Made by a program: the position numbers and the translations under genes. This document shows, one piece after another, positions 39,136 to 58,272 of a DNA stretch of 64,000 nt (position 1 is its first letter; each line of letters opens with the position of its first letter). Source of the stretch: the human T2T-CHM13v2.0 reference genome, Homo sapiens; NCBI RefSeq assembly GCF_009914755.1, contig NC_060926.1; one strand, 5' to 3'. Under the pieces are notes generated by a model. It was not told the DNA's origin. It was given only the letters and a program-made list of their open reading frames with translations, and ran no database searches.

Positions 39136-39462
<327 letters not shown>

Positions 39463-40926
39463 CTAGATTGAAGTTAAAGAAATGGCTCATGGCCCAGGAG
39501 AACTCAGCAGCCGGCTAAAAATGACTCTGTGACTCTGTGACTATGAAAGTGAGAGGCACGGGAGGGGGCCACGGGACCAGAGGCTGCAGAAGAGAGAAGG
39601 TCAAAGAAGATGGAGCTGACACGGAGCAACTGGGCTTGGGAAACAGTGAGGAATCCGAGTATGGAGCAGGGGACACTGTCCCTGAGAGGATGGCAGGGCA
39701 GATGTCAGGCCGCAGGGCTAGGGCCGAGCTCACCAGAGCTGCGATTGGGTCCTGGGGACCCAGGAGTGGCTAGTATAGTTCGCTGTAAGGCCTGGCAGGC
39801 ACCTGCCAGGAGAGTGTCCCAGGGCTGTCTCTGGTCCAACAAGGTGCAGCTTCCTTCTCTCCCAGGGTCCCTGTCTCAAGGGATAGTTCAGGTTATGAGC
39901 CCCCCTGAGACAGAGCAGCTCCAGTCAAAGGGGCACCGATAGTGCTGCGGGAGAGTTTCTAGGGGCCCTGGTGGGGCAGCCTCATGCCCCTCCCTGCTCT
40001 CCATCCTGAGCTAAAGGCCAGCTCAGCCGGTGTCCTCGGATCTGGTTCAGTCCAGCCCCAGGCAGACAAAACAGCCAAGAAGGGGAAGCTGAAAGAGCAA
40101 GACTCATTAGAGATCACAGGTCCAGTTTACTGGATTCCAGATTTTTGATGCTATAACTTTAATAGTCTGAAATCTGAACGAATAAATTTGGGGACCTATC
40201 CAGAGAGTTATCATCTGTATGAAATTTCACACTTTTTTAGAAGTCTTCAATCCTCCAGAGGAGGAAGGAAGTGACAGTTGACAAAGCAATGCTTCCATTT
40301 CAAGAATAACATGTACCCTGGTTTGAGGGCGTTTTGAACAAAGGGAATACAAACATGTCAGTACAGCAATTTATACAGGTAACTCAGTGTATGATCTCCA
40401 TTTATGCGTGATGAAACTAAAGTAGATGAAAATAAACCCCAAATTCTGGGAGTTTTTTTGGAAATAGAAACTACAGTTTATCGACAATAAAAAGATTGCA
40501 GTCCCTGCCAAAAAAACTAAAAGTTTTCTTTTTTTAAAGATCTTCTTAAAGTTATTGAACAAGAGATTTGATTTGAAGATGAAAGTCAGAGGAAAAATAT
40601 TTGGACCTAGCTTAAAAATATCTCCTCACCATTTCTCCAACTAGCGCCTAGTCAAAAAAAGCTTTTTACAGTTGCTGGAAAAAATTCACACAAAAATACG
40701 CTAGTGACTCAATGATGATGTCATTGATGCACTTGGACTTTCAAGAGCTCATTAAAAAAATCAAACAGTATTAATTTATGTAAAATTTCTCATCTCTAAA
40801 TTTTCTTAATTACTAGTGTTTTTGTTTTCTTTTTCTATTTAGACTTCATTTAGTGTTTTTATTTTCTAATCATACTTTATTTTGTGAATTGTATCTGCTA
40901 CCCACTCTTATTAAAATAATATGATT

Positions 40927-41570
<644 letters not shown>

Positions 41571-41849
41571 AAATGATATGATTAATGTTTATATTTTGAA
41601 CATTTTACACAGATGTAAAGCACTTGTCAAAGAAAGAGGTAGATGAAGGTGTCTGTTAGAGTGGTATAGAAGAGGTCAGTCCTTCCTCAGTCTTGAGTGG
41701 AGTCCTCAGTTTACCTGAAGCACCCTCTCACCCAGAAAGGCACTGCCCAAAAAGTGCCTCATGGCTGTGTAAGGTTAGGTGAGCAGAGCCCATGTCCTGG
41801 GAGAAGGGTGTAACAAAACCTTTTGTATTTTAGTGCCTTTTAAAACTCC

Positions 41850-46420
<4,571 letters not shown>

Positions 46421-46620
46421 TTCAAGTAAAAAAAAAAATGTCCTTCACCCCTTGTTGGCAGTCAGTCACCGGGGGAAAGTGTATCAGCTGGTGGATGGTG
46501 GAACCCATTCCACCCTGTGCTCCTGGGCTACCTGCAAGTGGCTGCCCGGAGGAAATGGAAGAGCTTATCACCACCCACGGTGACTTGGACGCCACAGGTA
46601 GATGAAGTTGCTGGACTCAC

Positions 46621-46679
46621 CTGCGAACAGGGGAGTGGACGCCCTTTCAGGGAAGGCTCTTCTTCCTTCATCTCACTGC
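46621..46679 (-). other. Candidate 59-nt alternative CIB4 exon (MKEEEPSLKGRPLPCSQ from ATG at 46671)
   Basis: Acceptor attcctcctag|G, consensus donor CAG|GTGAGT, purine-rich GAAGGAAGAAGAG. The ATG frame leaves in phase 0, matching the exon at 36466. Confidence 0.55.
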
Positions 46680-46743
46680 CTAGGAGGAATTCCTAGTTCT
46701 GGGTCTGAACCAGGATTCACCCTTCAGCACTAGAGTATCTCTA

Positions 46744-46758
46744 CCAGAAGGTGGCAGT
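46744..46758 (+). promoter_or_regulatory. Candidate CTCF site next to the 59-nt CIB4 exon candidate
   Basis: CCAGAAGGTGGCAGT matches the CTCF core motif. Confidence 0.5.
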
Positions 46759-49074
46759 GTTGGGTCAGCATCATTCAGTCAGTTCACAGACCCAACAAGT
46801 GAGCACCTACTGTGTGCAGGCTGTGACGACCTTGCAGGCAGGTGGCAGGGACGATATTATCACTTCATTTTGCAAATGCAGGGTCGATATTATCACTTCA
46901 TTTTACAAAGAGAGGAAACAGCTCAAGCCCAAAGAAGGAAAGCAACTAGCCAAACGAAGGTCAGGACTCAAATTCTGAATTCAAATGCCCAACTACAGTG
47001 CTACTTTTGACTCCATCGAGCATTTAATTAACTGTTTCCCAAGAAAATGTTTCAAAATCACACTCCCACCTACCATGCAGGCGGGGTTTGAGGAATCGCC
47101 ATGAGTCCCATGACCCTGCCAGCCCGCAGTTACTCAGAGAACAGGCCAAGGGCAGGGGGGAGGCGCGGGGGAGGGCGAATGATGTGGCTTCTTCCTTTGG
47201 GAATGAAGACACAAAGCTCATCGTCTGAACTTCAAGTCCTTGCCGCAAATGCATCAGGGTGAGGTACTGAGCAACAGACACTGCGCTGAGTCCTGGGGCC
47301 CCCCAAAATGATGCAGACGCTGCCACTGCACTCCAAGAAACTCAGCCTAGGCACTTACAGATGTTTCTTCAGAACCAGACAGCGTGGGGAAGTATCTCAA
47401 TCAAGCGCACGCAAAGTGCTATGACAAGAGCTAGGACAGGACAGTGAGGCTGGGAGGCAGGACGGACAAAGGGCTCGGAAGGAGAAACCAGGAAGAAGAC
47501 AGAGGGGAGCAAAGCCGAGGCCAAATCCAGAAGGGAGGGAGATGTGGTGGAGGATTCAGGGAAAAGCTGTTCAGGGGAATGAGAAAAGAGGCAGGGCCAG
47601 AGGACTCCCCCCTCCTCCCGCGCCCCTCAAGCTGTCTCTTTCCCTTCCAGGGAATAAAAATGTGAAGGAGGAGAAGGCAGCAGTGGGGTTTAACTTGGAC
47701 TCTGAAACCCCTCAGAGACTCTAGCTGGTTGGTATGACCCTCCCCAGGTAGAAAGAACCCTGAAATTTTCATTTCTGGGGCGCTGGGGTCCAGGGAGCAT
47801 GGAGGGTGAGAAATTTATTTAGGTGAATGCACTTCCTCTATTGTCCGGGGCCCTGGAGGCATCTTTCCTGCTAATTATTTATAAGAAAGGGATAGCCCCT
47901 GTGTTTGAGATGCTCAACCTTCCTGAAGTCTAAAAACAGAGAGGCTCAAATGGGAGCTGTCTCCTAGTGACAGATGGGCTGGCAGGGTCAGGCTAAGGAT
48001 GTGTCCTGCCGGCAGCTGGAGGCGGATCGCTAATGGAACAAATAGGGAAGAAAGGCAGTAAAAATGTTAAATATTATTAAACAGCCATGGGATCATGTGG
48101 CTTGAACCTGACTCAGACCCACCAAACCAGTCCTCCCCAGATTCCAGGCCAACAGGTACCTGCCACTCCCTGGAGGAAACTTCCCAAAGAGCCATCTGCC
48201 CTAACTACCTCTCCTAGGTGGAGCTCAAAGGACTGCAGGCCTGAGGTTTTGGGGGCCACCTAGAAGCCTGGTCTTGCGTTGTGGGAGATTTGGGGTAGGC
48301 AGTGGAGCGAGCAGAGGCTCTGGAGTCAGATTGACTCTAAAAAGTTAGTATAATGACTTCTTATTTGACATCTACAAGATTTTCCCATCTTGCAGCTTTT
48401 GACTATATTTATACAATCTCAATATTTTAATAGTGCAACTTGCCCGAGCAAAAAAGAACAAAAAAGATAACCAAAAATCAATTGTCCCCTCACTTGTTCA
48501 TCAACATCTATTACAGGAGAAACAAAACTTACCCGTATTGTAGATAAATATCTATCCACGTTTGTACATTACCATTTTTAATAGCTTGTGATCAACTCTA
48601 CAATATCTTATAACACATTAAACAATATTCAAATTCCTAGATAACAACACAACAAAACAAGCTGTGTGACCTCCATTTCCCCATCTGTAAAATGGGTAAA
48701 GTCATAGCCTTGTTCACAGGGTTTTGTGGGGCTCGAATGAGATTATATTTGCAAAACACCTGGCACTGCCAGGACCCGGATAAACATTTGCTACCATGAA
48801 TAACCCCCACCCCACTTCACCTGTCCTCCATCAGCACCACCAGCACCACCAACACTCCTGGCTCTGGTAGAGCTGTTCATTTTGAGCTCCAAGCAAAGCT
48901 GTTACCTGGGCCAGCGTGTGTCCAGGGGTTCACCCTGCCTGCCGGAGGGCAGCAGAAATGTGTGTTCTGGCTCTTCAGATGCTGACTTTGGCCAGAGGCT
49001 TGGCTGGCCAGCCAGGCTGATGTGAATGTCACCTCCACGTGAAATCTCCAGGGGACTCAAAGGAGAGCAGCTCT

Positions 49075-49374
49075 GGCCGGGCGCGATGGCTCACGCCTGT
49101 AATCCCAGCACTTTGCAAGGCTGAGACGGGTGGATCACCTGAAGTCAGGAGTTCAAGGCCAGCCTGGCCAACATGTTGAAACCCCACCTTTACTAAAAAT
49201 ACAAAACTTAGCTGAGCTTGGTGGCGCATGCCTGTAATCTCAGCTACTCAGGAGGCTGAGGCAGGAGAATCCCTTGAACCCAGGAGACGGGAAGGTTGCA
49301 GTGAGCTGAGATTGCACCACTGCACTCCAGCCTGGGCAACAGAGTTAGACTCTGTCTCAAAAAAAAAAAAAAAA
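49075..49374 (+). mobile_element. Alu (AluS-type)
   Basis: Full Alu dimer with an A tail. Confidence 0.95.
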
Positions 49375-52300
49375 GGAGAGTGGGTCTGGTGAGAAGGGGG
49401 TGAGAAGGGGGCTCACGTGCTGTGTACCTACCTACATTTCACCTCGCTCTGCAATTGAGGCTAGAGAATGACAGAGGCACTAACACATTGGCTGTGTGTC
49501 TGAGTCCCACAGGGAATTTGAAACAAAATTCAGATGCCTTAACCCTAGCATAGACTTTCCGAGTCAGCACCTCTAGGCCTAAGGCCCAAGAGTCTGTATC
49601 TGAATAAGCTGCCTGGGTTTCTCCGTGGACAATCCTTAGACTACATCCACTAAATGACCTGATCGAACTCCCAGGGCCACTAAATGGCAGAGACATGACA
49701 CCAGATGCTGTCAGGCTGACTCCCAGGCTGCCCCATCCTTGCCTGGACAGAGCCTGCCACCCAACAGGGGTGGCGATGCGATGGGGGCTGTGGGGAGAAG
49801 TGGTGTGAAGCGCAGACCACACCCAGCCTCACTCCAGTGCAAACCACCAACCTGGAAACAGTGGTTTGGCACAGATCTCACCAAGCCTTCTTTCTCTCCC
49901 TGCACTCCCCAGCACCCCTGTCTCGTGGGTGGCCGGGCCCTGCAGAGGTGGCATAGCACATCACCCCCACCCCGGGGCCCACCCTCTTCTCACCTCTCCC
50001 TCTCTTGCTCTCTCGTCGCTCATGGTCACTTCCACCTGAGATGAGCTGTCTCTCCTGCAAGCCTGTCCTTTAACTGGCTTCCCTCTTCTAATTTCTGCCA
50101 GATTTTTTTAGGAAATGTTTCTATTGACAACCGCAGCCCTTTTGACAAAAACCACTTCTCCCAGAGCCCCAAATAAAGCACTGTTGTTAAATGGATGACT
50201 CTAGTTTTATTCTACCGCTTTGCTGGTTTTATCGAATTACGACGGTAATGAGAAAAAGATTATTATTGACACTAAAACAACTGGTGTGGGGGAAGGTGAG
50301 TCCTGTGAGTGGGGACGCCCCTCTGGTCTGAACAGGCCTGGGTGGAGGCAGGAGCTGGTGCCCAGTACAGAGAGAATGGGGCCCTTACAGGCACTCCAGG
50401 ATAGAGGCTGAGGAGGGCAGGGGGAAGAGGAAGGGGAGAGGCAGCAGCGGATGCAAATGCTACAAGCCAGGGCCCTTACAGAGACCACCTCCCTCCTCTC
50501 CCCACCTCCCTCTCCCCAGCCTTCAGTGGTGCTGACCGAAATTCACACAGTGCTTGACATGAGTGGAATTTTTGCAGATGTCAGTGAAGAGGCCGAGAGT
50601 TTTGTTTGGGTGAATGTGAAGCGAAGCAGACATGCAGGAGACGGAGGCAGAGGGAACAGAAGGAAGATGTAGGAGCCCCTCTTCTTGTGAACCTCACTCC
50701 CACCCCAGACAAAAGAACAGAAAGATAGGGGAGGACCGCATACGCTCTTGGGCCAGAGAGGAGGAGGGAAGGGATTTCACAGCCATTTCAACTCCATTTT
50801 TCAGGGCGGGAAGGTCCCAGGCGCAATAGGGCTCCAGGTCTGGGCGCAAGGTTATTTTCTCAATTTTAATGCTGTTGTACTATGAGTAGCTTCAATGCTT
50901 GTGGCTCAGGCTGGGAACTTAAACACAGTTTATACGTTTTCCCACGGAAAACACAAACAAAGTTCCGAACAACCAATATGAAAACCCTTTAAAACACAAT
51001 CTGTACCTGTACTTTACAGGCAGTTAGTTCAAAGCAAGAGACTGTAACTAACAGGATGAAGTCACCCACTCAAGGGCAGACCAGGCAGCGGAAGCTTAGA
51101 AAACTGCCTAGAACATTCGCTCCTCTGCTTCTCGTGGGAGCAGGCTGGGTTCCGCTTGGAGTGGCAGGGCCCCGCTGTGCCTCCACGACCCTCCTGGTTC
51201 CGGCCTACTGTTTACAAGCAGCCTTCCTGTTTGTAAGCCGCCAGAGGTTCTCAGATGGTGTCAGGGCTGCTTTGCAGCTGTTTGGGGACACCCAGCACAG
51301 GGCACGCTGGGAACCATGTTCCCTGTGAACTCTGCAGGCTGTAGATCTTTGCATCAGATAACAGTTCCTCTTTTATCAAACACATCTAAGCAACAATTGA
51401 TCTATTTTGTCCCTCACTTTGAATCCACTGATATAAACAGAAATGGACTCGCACTGCAGCCTCCTCTCACCAATAGCCGCCTCTCCCCCTGCCCACCCAC
51501 TGCCCCACGCTCAGTGACTCTTTAAACAACGGAGTCTAAACCTAAGCAACTCAAAGTCCTTTTAATGTTTCAGTCCTTGACATTTTGGACTATTGGATTT
51601 TTGAAACCCCCAGCTTTCTGTTCTTCTCTCTCCTGTATCCTGGGGACTTTGCCCCAATAGTATCAGGCTGCCCTTGCCTGCTAAGGGCCCTGCCAGCCAG
51701 CCATGATTTACCTTGGCATTTATTAAGTACCCAGACCTCTGGGCACCACACCTTATCTATACCTTCCCTCGGGTCCAAGAAGGGCAGAAAGGAAGGCAGG
51801 AAACTGGTGCTTGTTAAATATTTACTGTATATCAGGTGCTGTGTCAGCCAAATTCACATCTATTTGTCCATTAATCCCTTACAAGAAACCAAGCAGTCAA
51901 TAGCAGTAAGTCCATTGTATAGATTAAGAAAACTGAGGGGTGAGAGGTTAAATTACTTAACCAAATAAGAGGAAAGGCAGGAATTTGATCCCAGGTCTGT
52001 GTGACCCTCAAACCTGAGCTCCTTCCCTGGAATGTTTTCCAGGAAAACGCTGCATTGCAATGGAAAAAATACACATGGGGTGTCATACTCCCGGGCTAGC
52101 AAACAAGCCCAGGCTGAGAGTCCAGGAACAAGCTTGCTCCTGCAAGAGCAAGGGGAGAAGTGGAAAATGCCCCGTGAATCCCTGCATTTGCTGGGGTGGC
52201 CAGATGAACTGATGACCTGTCACAGGAGTGATGAGAACTTCTGCATCTCTCCCTCCAGGATGGCACCCTCTGGGCAGCAGTGCAGGTGGAGGAGACTTGG

Positions 52301-55300
52301 GGCTAGGATCCACTGCACACTCAGCAGGAGATGCAACCTAGCCTTCGGGCTGCAGGGCCAGCACTGCTGTGGCGCCTGTCAGCACAGTCCATCTGGGAAG
52401 TTCTCACATAATACTGTCCGTGGGAGGATGGAGAGAATGGATTGTATGATAACACAGGGTAGAGCTGCCTATTGAAAAACCACATGCGAAGAGACCTTTA
52501 TGGAGTCATGTCAACTTAGAGGGAGGTCTCTAGTGATGTGTCACAGGGCTCCATCTTTTATCACTGATTTGGGTTAAGGATATTCCAAAGCCCAGGTTTC
52601 TTATTTTGTGCAGTTTCCCCTATGAGGCATAAAGATTTTTCCATGTTGCTACATACTCAGTATAATTATCATTTTAATGATTGCGTAGTTCAAATTCTTG
52701 GAGTGGACAGTTCTATCCATCTAAAACCTCCAAGGAGAACCTGGATGTCTAAACTAAAAAAAATTCAAAAAATGAGAAAAATAATAGATGAGGGTGTTTA
52801 TTACAAAATTATTTATAGTAACAAATAAATAAATAAACCCCTGGAAAGAATGTTAATGTCCAGCCATGAGGAGATGGTTTAGTAAATCAGAACTCAATGC
52901 AATTATGCGCCATCAAAATGATAATTACACAGACTATGTAGCAACAAGAAAAAGCATTTATGCCTAATGGAAAAGAGCACAGAATAAAATTGTATCTATG
53001 TATGTCTACGATATTATAAAATAAAGCTTGCCTAGGGGAAAAGACGGCAAAAGAAAATAGAAAATGAAAATTTATGTTAGGGTCGTTGGGTGCTAAGGAA
53101 TTGATTTCTTAAAATTTTATTTTATTGGTGTCATACTACGTTAACAATAAATAAAAAGCAAATTAAAAAAGAAAGTGCACTCCAGAGACAATTTGCTAAG
53201 CAAGCAAAACAACTTTCCTTCCTAGGGGGTTGGAGGCAGGAGCTTTTCTTCTCTCTTCTGCTTCACTCTCTGCAGGGCAAGGGCTGAACCCAGGCAGAGC
53301 TGAACTCCTGGCTCCCAGACCCAGTGAGGGGCTGATGTGCACTCTTCTCCTGTAAGGCCTGGCAGGAGACAGGAATCCTATTCAGCTCAGAGCTCAATAA
53401 GAACGGAAGTTCAGTGGAAGATGGCCCCAGCTCATCGCACCATCTTTGAGTCTTAGAGCATCTATGTCTGTACCTTTCCATATTCTTTCCAAAATATGGA
53501 GCCAAAGATGGGTAACTAGGATGCAGTGGACATTTTTGTGGATTATTCTACAGGGTTCTAAGAGCCTTGTTGGCCCCAGTGCTGCTTCTACTTTCTGGGC
53601 GTGAAAGCCTGAAAAAGCACAGTGGTTCCCTGGCCTCCCTCCCATCCCAGGGTCCCTGGTGGCTCAGAGGCCTCTCTAAGGAGGAAGGGACTCAAGAAGT
53701 GGGACCACTGCCAACTGCCTGGCCCTGCTGGGAGCCTTCCCTTTTCTCGGTGATTCTTCCTCTTCCAGGAGGCCATTTGCCCAGAGACAGAGAGCAGGAG
53801 CAGCTGGCCAAGCGAGGCACTGCATATGCACAGAAGGAAGCTGTCCTCAATCCACAAGAGCCCTGCCAGCTGCTCCCCGTGATGACTTTCCTGAAGGTGG
53901 GGTGGCTTAAGCCCTGGGGCAGTTTACAGAGTATGGGACAAGGGGGAGGTTCTGCATCAACAGGGGCCAGGGCAGTAGGTGCTCCAATCATCTCCAGAGA
54001 TAACTTATCTCCCATCTCTGGGTTTTCTGCCACCTGAGAAGTGACGTCTTGGTCACTGGCCTTGCCTCCATTCCCCTAGATGCTGGGTGGGTCTGCTGGG
54101 AGCACTTCCCTCTGGCATTTGGCCTTGGGCAGAAAGAGAGAGAAGGAGGATCCTTTCCCCAAGGCCTAGGGGACTTTCAGCAGATGCAAGGGCATTCATC
54201 ATCTCTCCTCCTCATCTCAGCTTCAGCTTTCTAGGAGAGTGGGTTTTTCCCACCGGAGCCTGATCCCCCAGCTTATGCCTGGAGGCCTCCAGCGCCTGGA
54301 GCTTGCTTTCTCTCGACTGAGCCTCCTCTCTCTGTTAGGAAATTTCCTCCCTAGGACCAACAGAAGGGGCCCCAAGGTCACTTTTCCCATCCACCTTAGC
54401 AGTACCCTTGGGGCCAAATCTAATTCCTCCTCCACCCACCAGCAAGGATGTAAAGAACGTATGTCTTCCCAAGTCTTTCTGCAGGTGGAGCACCCCAGTT
54501 TCTTAGCCACCTTCCCTCTAAGCCCCTGGTGTGAGGCTGGAGCTTACACATAAAGACTCCCCAGGTGGTCCTGCCACTCAGAGGGCACAGCCATGCCCTC
54601 CCTCCACAGGCAGCTTCTGGGAATGCTGCCTGCAATCCCCCTCCCTTTCCTGGAGTATTTTAGCATTTCACCTCCATTCTGTCATCCAGTCTTCGTAAAA
54701 ACCCTCTGAAGTAGGCAGGGCTGCTATCATTGGATTCATTTTTCAGATGGGGAAAGCTGAGGTTATACACAAACTGCAGTTCAACTCCAGGGCTTTTGGT
54801 GACAAGCCTGAAGAGCCCAGGAGACTTTAGGGTTTGCATCCTGGAGTTGTATCCGGTGCCTGGCACACAGAAGGGGCCTGGGCTCTTGTGAGGGGCTGGG
54901 GCCAGAGCTAAGAGGAGAAGGAATGTCCCCAACAGGTCTCTCTGTAGTCGGGCCTGTGCGGGGCCTGTCCTGCCTCTCTGCACCTGGGTGAATGTGTCCC
55001 CGCATCTCAGCTGTCCCAGCTGTGAAGAGCAGAGGCCGCTGACACCGGCAGGCAGGTGGCTGAATGCCTCCTCTGACACTAGCCATTCGGGCTGCTGGGA
55101 AGCCCTCCAAAGCTGCAGGGCGTCTCCTCCCTGTGGAGGCAGCAGCAGGCCCAGGGCCTGCAGAGGGTCAAAAACCCTGGGAACAGAGCCCCGGCCAGCT
55201 TGGCCAGCACCTCATTAGGAGGCCCGAAGAGGGGAGGGGGTACTTCAGGAACGATATTGTTTATTTTTCTATTTTTAAACAAGTCTGAGGTCTCTGGGGC

Positions 55301-56813
55301 ACAAATGAAGTTATCAGAAAAGACATGAGTGGAATAAAGCCTCAAGCCAGCAGGCAGAGAGGGGCCCTTGGGACCAGGACTCTTGAAAAGCTGAAATGGA
55401 GTTTGTTTATCTTGTACTCTGGGAGTGCCGGACTGTGGCCGAGGGACTGGATGAGCATGTCCCCAGGCCCACCGGCCCCTTCCCCAGGCCCTCATCTGCG
55501 TGTCCCTTGGTGTCACTGGGGAATTCAGGCACGAGCAATACTTTTTAAATGATCCCATTAGCGTGTCATTTGCACTAGAGGGAGGAGGCTCCTCCTCTGG
55601 AAAGGAGCCTGGACTCACTTCTCACCTCAGACACATGAACGGTTTTCCCAGGAGGCAGAGTCTGGCAGAGTCGGTGCACCACAGGGCGCCCAGTTCCGGC
55701 TGGTCACTGGCTGGTCCTGCCACCTCAGGCAACCCCTCCATCTCCCGAGCCTCCATTTACTCATCTGCCAAGTGGGGCTGATTATTCCCGTCTTGACTCA
55801 CATGCACCCCTCACAGGGAGAAGCACATGAGATGCTGTGTGTGCAGAGTGTCCTCAGAGAAGGGCTGAGCCACAGAATCCTTACATGACCCTGCAAAGGG
55901 GGCTCGCCATGCCCAAGTTCAAGGTAAGGAAGCTGAGGCTCCGGGAAGTGGAGCAACTTGCCCGGAAGCCTGAACTCCTTCCATTTGCTAAACTGCCTCT
56001 CCAATGCTGCACGTCAAGGATAATGCGCCCTGCTCTTGGGAGCTTTGAGAGAAGTCACGAATCATTGACAGAACCAATTAGAGGCCTGAGTGGGTTTGAC
56101 TGGATGAGAAAATCTTCCCAGGAAGTGAGAAACGTGATGAGAAGCAAGGAGAGTTGGCCCTGCAGTTGCCAGTGCTGGTTTGAGTTCCAGCCCTGGCCGC
56201 ATACCAGACTAGCTGGGTGACTGAGGGAGGTCACTCAGGTACCCAGTGCCTAATTTTCTCCTCCATGAACTGGAGACAGTAACAGTCTGAATGCTGCTTC
56301 CCAGTAAGATGTGGCAGGTAAGGAGTCAGGGGAACAGTCAAATCCTGGACAAATGAAAGCAGAATGCCTCTCCTTCCCCTGCCCCCAGACAGCATGAAAC
56401 AGGGGTCGAACAAACTGCAGCCAGGTGAGCAGTGGGAAGTGTTACCCATCCGTTGTCCCCTGCAAGAGGTACCACATAGGCTGCAGGGTACAGAATCTCC
56501 CCTACCTCCCAGGATGCCCTGGGAGAGGGGCTGCCATCCCTACAGGCTCCCTTCACCCCTGGCATGAGATTAGAGCCTCAGGTCATCCATGCCCCGCCCT
56601 TTGGTCCAGGTAGAAAGTTGAGGCCCAGGAAGAGGAAGGAACTGGCCCCAGGCTACACAGCCAGCAGATGGGAAAGCTAAAACTAGAGCCCTGAGCTCTT
56701 CCCCAACTTCCCAGGCTTTCCTCGCTACCTTCCTCACCTGTGGGAGGTGCTATCACACCCATTTGGAAGACGAAGACACTGAGGCCCTGAGAAGGGTGGT
56801 GCCAAGCCCAAGA

Positions 56814-56828
56814 CCGCCAGGTGGCAGC
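56814..56828 (+). promoter_or_regulatory. Candidate CTCF site
   Basis: CCGCCAGGTGGCAGC closely matches the CTCF core motif. Confidence 0.55.
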
Positions 56829-58230
56829 GGCAAGGCCGAGGCAGGGGGCCAGAGCCCGTCCCTCCACTGCTGCCTGCTCGACCCAGAACAGAGACTGCCT
56901 CCTACATCACTGAGCTTTTTCTGAAACAAACCACTTCTTAATTCTTTGGCTGAATGTCTAAATAAGGATTTTTGCCAATTCTGAGCCCTGCTAACTGATG
57001 AAGTTGTCAGAAAAAGATCTAATGATGCTTGAAAATGCAGGGTGTGAGCCAGCTGCCAAGTTACCCTCCCAGCTCCGACTGGCATCAGGCGTCGGGACCC
57101 TCCCACCAGCGCTGGGGGGCGGTGGGGGGTGAGCACTGGAGAGCAAGGCTGCCGATTTCCATCAGCCATGTGACTGTGGTGGCTGGGCTGCTTAACCCCT
57201 GTGGGCCTCTGCGGCCCAGCTGTAAATGAAGCGAACAACTCCCTCCTCAAACAGTTACCTTGAGGAGTAAGTGAGATGATGCATGTGTGACATCCCACAC
57301 CGTGCTGGGCACAGCCCAGATCTCAGGACTTCCTGGGGGCCACATGGGGCAGCCAGCTGGCCTGAGGTCAGCCGAATGCAGCATGGTGGCCGTGCCTGCA
57401 GCCCTGGGTGAGCGAAGAGTGGAGGTCGCCAACTCCTAGGGTGCTCACAGAGCCAGCATGCATCTCCCCAATGTAATGAAAGGCTTGGTGACCTTGGGCC
57501 CTGCGAGGTGGAGCCTTGGGATGGGAGCCTGGGAGGCCAGGCTGGGCCCTTTGTTCTCTCTGTCCTTTCTCAGTGGAAGATTTGTCCCGCTGGGGCGTCT
57601 GGGCACTAAGGGTGGGGCCTGGCTTGGGGACTTGGGAATCAGACAATTCCCAGGCCTACCACAGGAGCCCGAGAAGCTGGGTGCTGGGAGCTGAAGGGGC
57701 CCTGCTGTCAGGAGCTGGACCTAAGCCCAGGCTACCCCAACACCCAAGACAGACACTCCACAGGGCGTCCCAGATGTGTATGAGAAAAGCTATTCCATCT
57801 CAGCCATCAACCACCCCGGCCACCAGCTCCTTCCCATCCTCCTTCCTCCTCCTACCACACACATGTACATAAATTAGACATGTGCACACGTGTGTATCCA
57901 CACAGGCACACACACGTGTCACCTGCATGGTGACTTTGACTTTTATCTTCCCGAGAAGATTAAGAGATATGCAGAAGAGCAAACAGAAGTCTTGGGGGAA
58001 GGGCAGGGCCTCTTCATAACAGGGACAAAGGCTCAAACGATTGCCTCTAAAGGATTGGAAGGTGAGGGGAGCAGGGACAGCTCAGGCAAGCACTGCCTGT
58101 GAGGGGTCAGGAGTCTTAGAGCACACATGGTCACTCCCAGCCTCCCCCACTGCTCTACCCATTTTACAGGTGAGGAATCCGAGACCAGGGGAGTGGTTTG
58201 TCAAGAACTTACCCACAGCAAGAGCATGGA

Positions 58231-58231
<1 letters not shown>

Positions 58232-58271
<40 letters not shown>
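58232..58271. repeat. (TG)n microsatellite, about 20 units
   Basis: Uninterrupted TG run. Confidence 0.95.
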
Positions 58272-58272
<1 letters not shown>

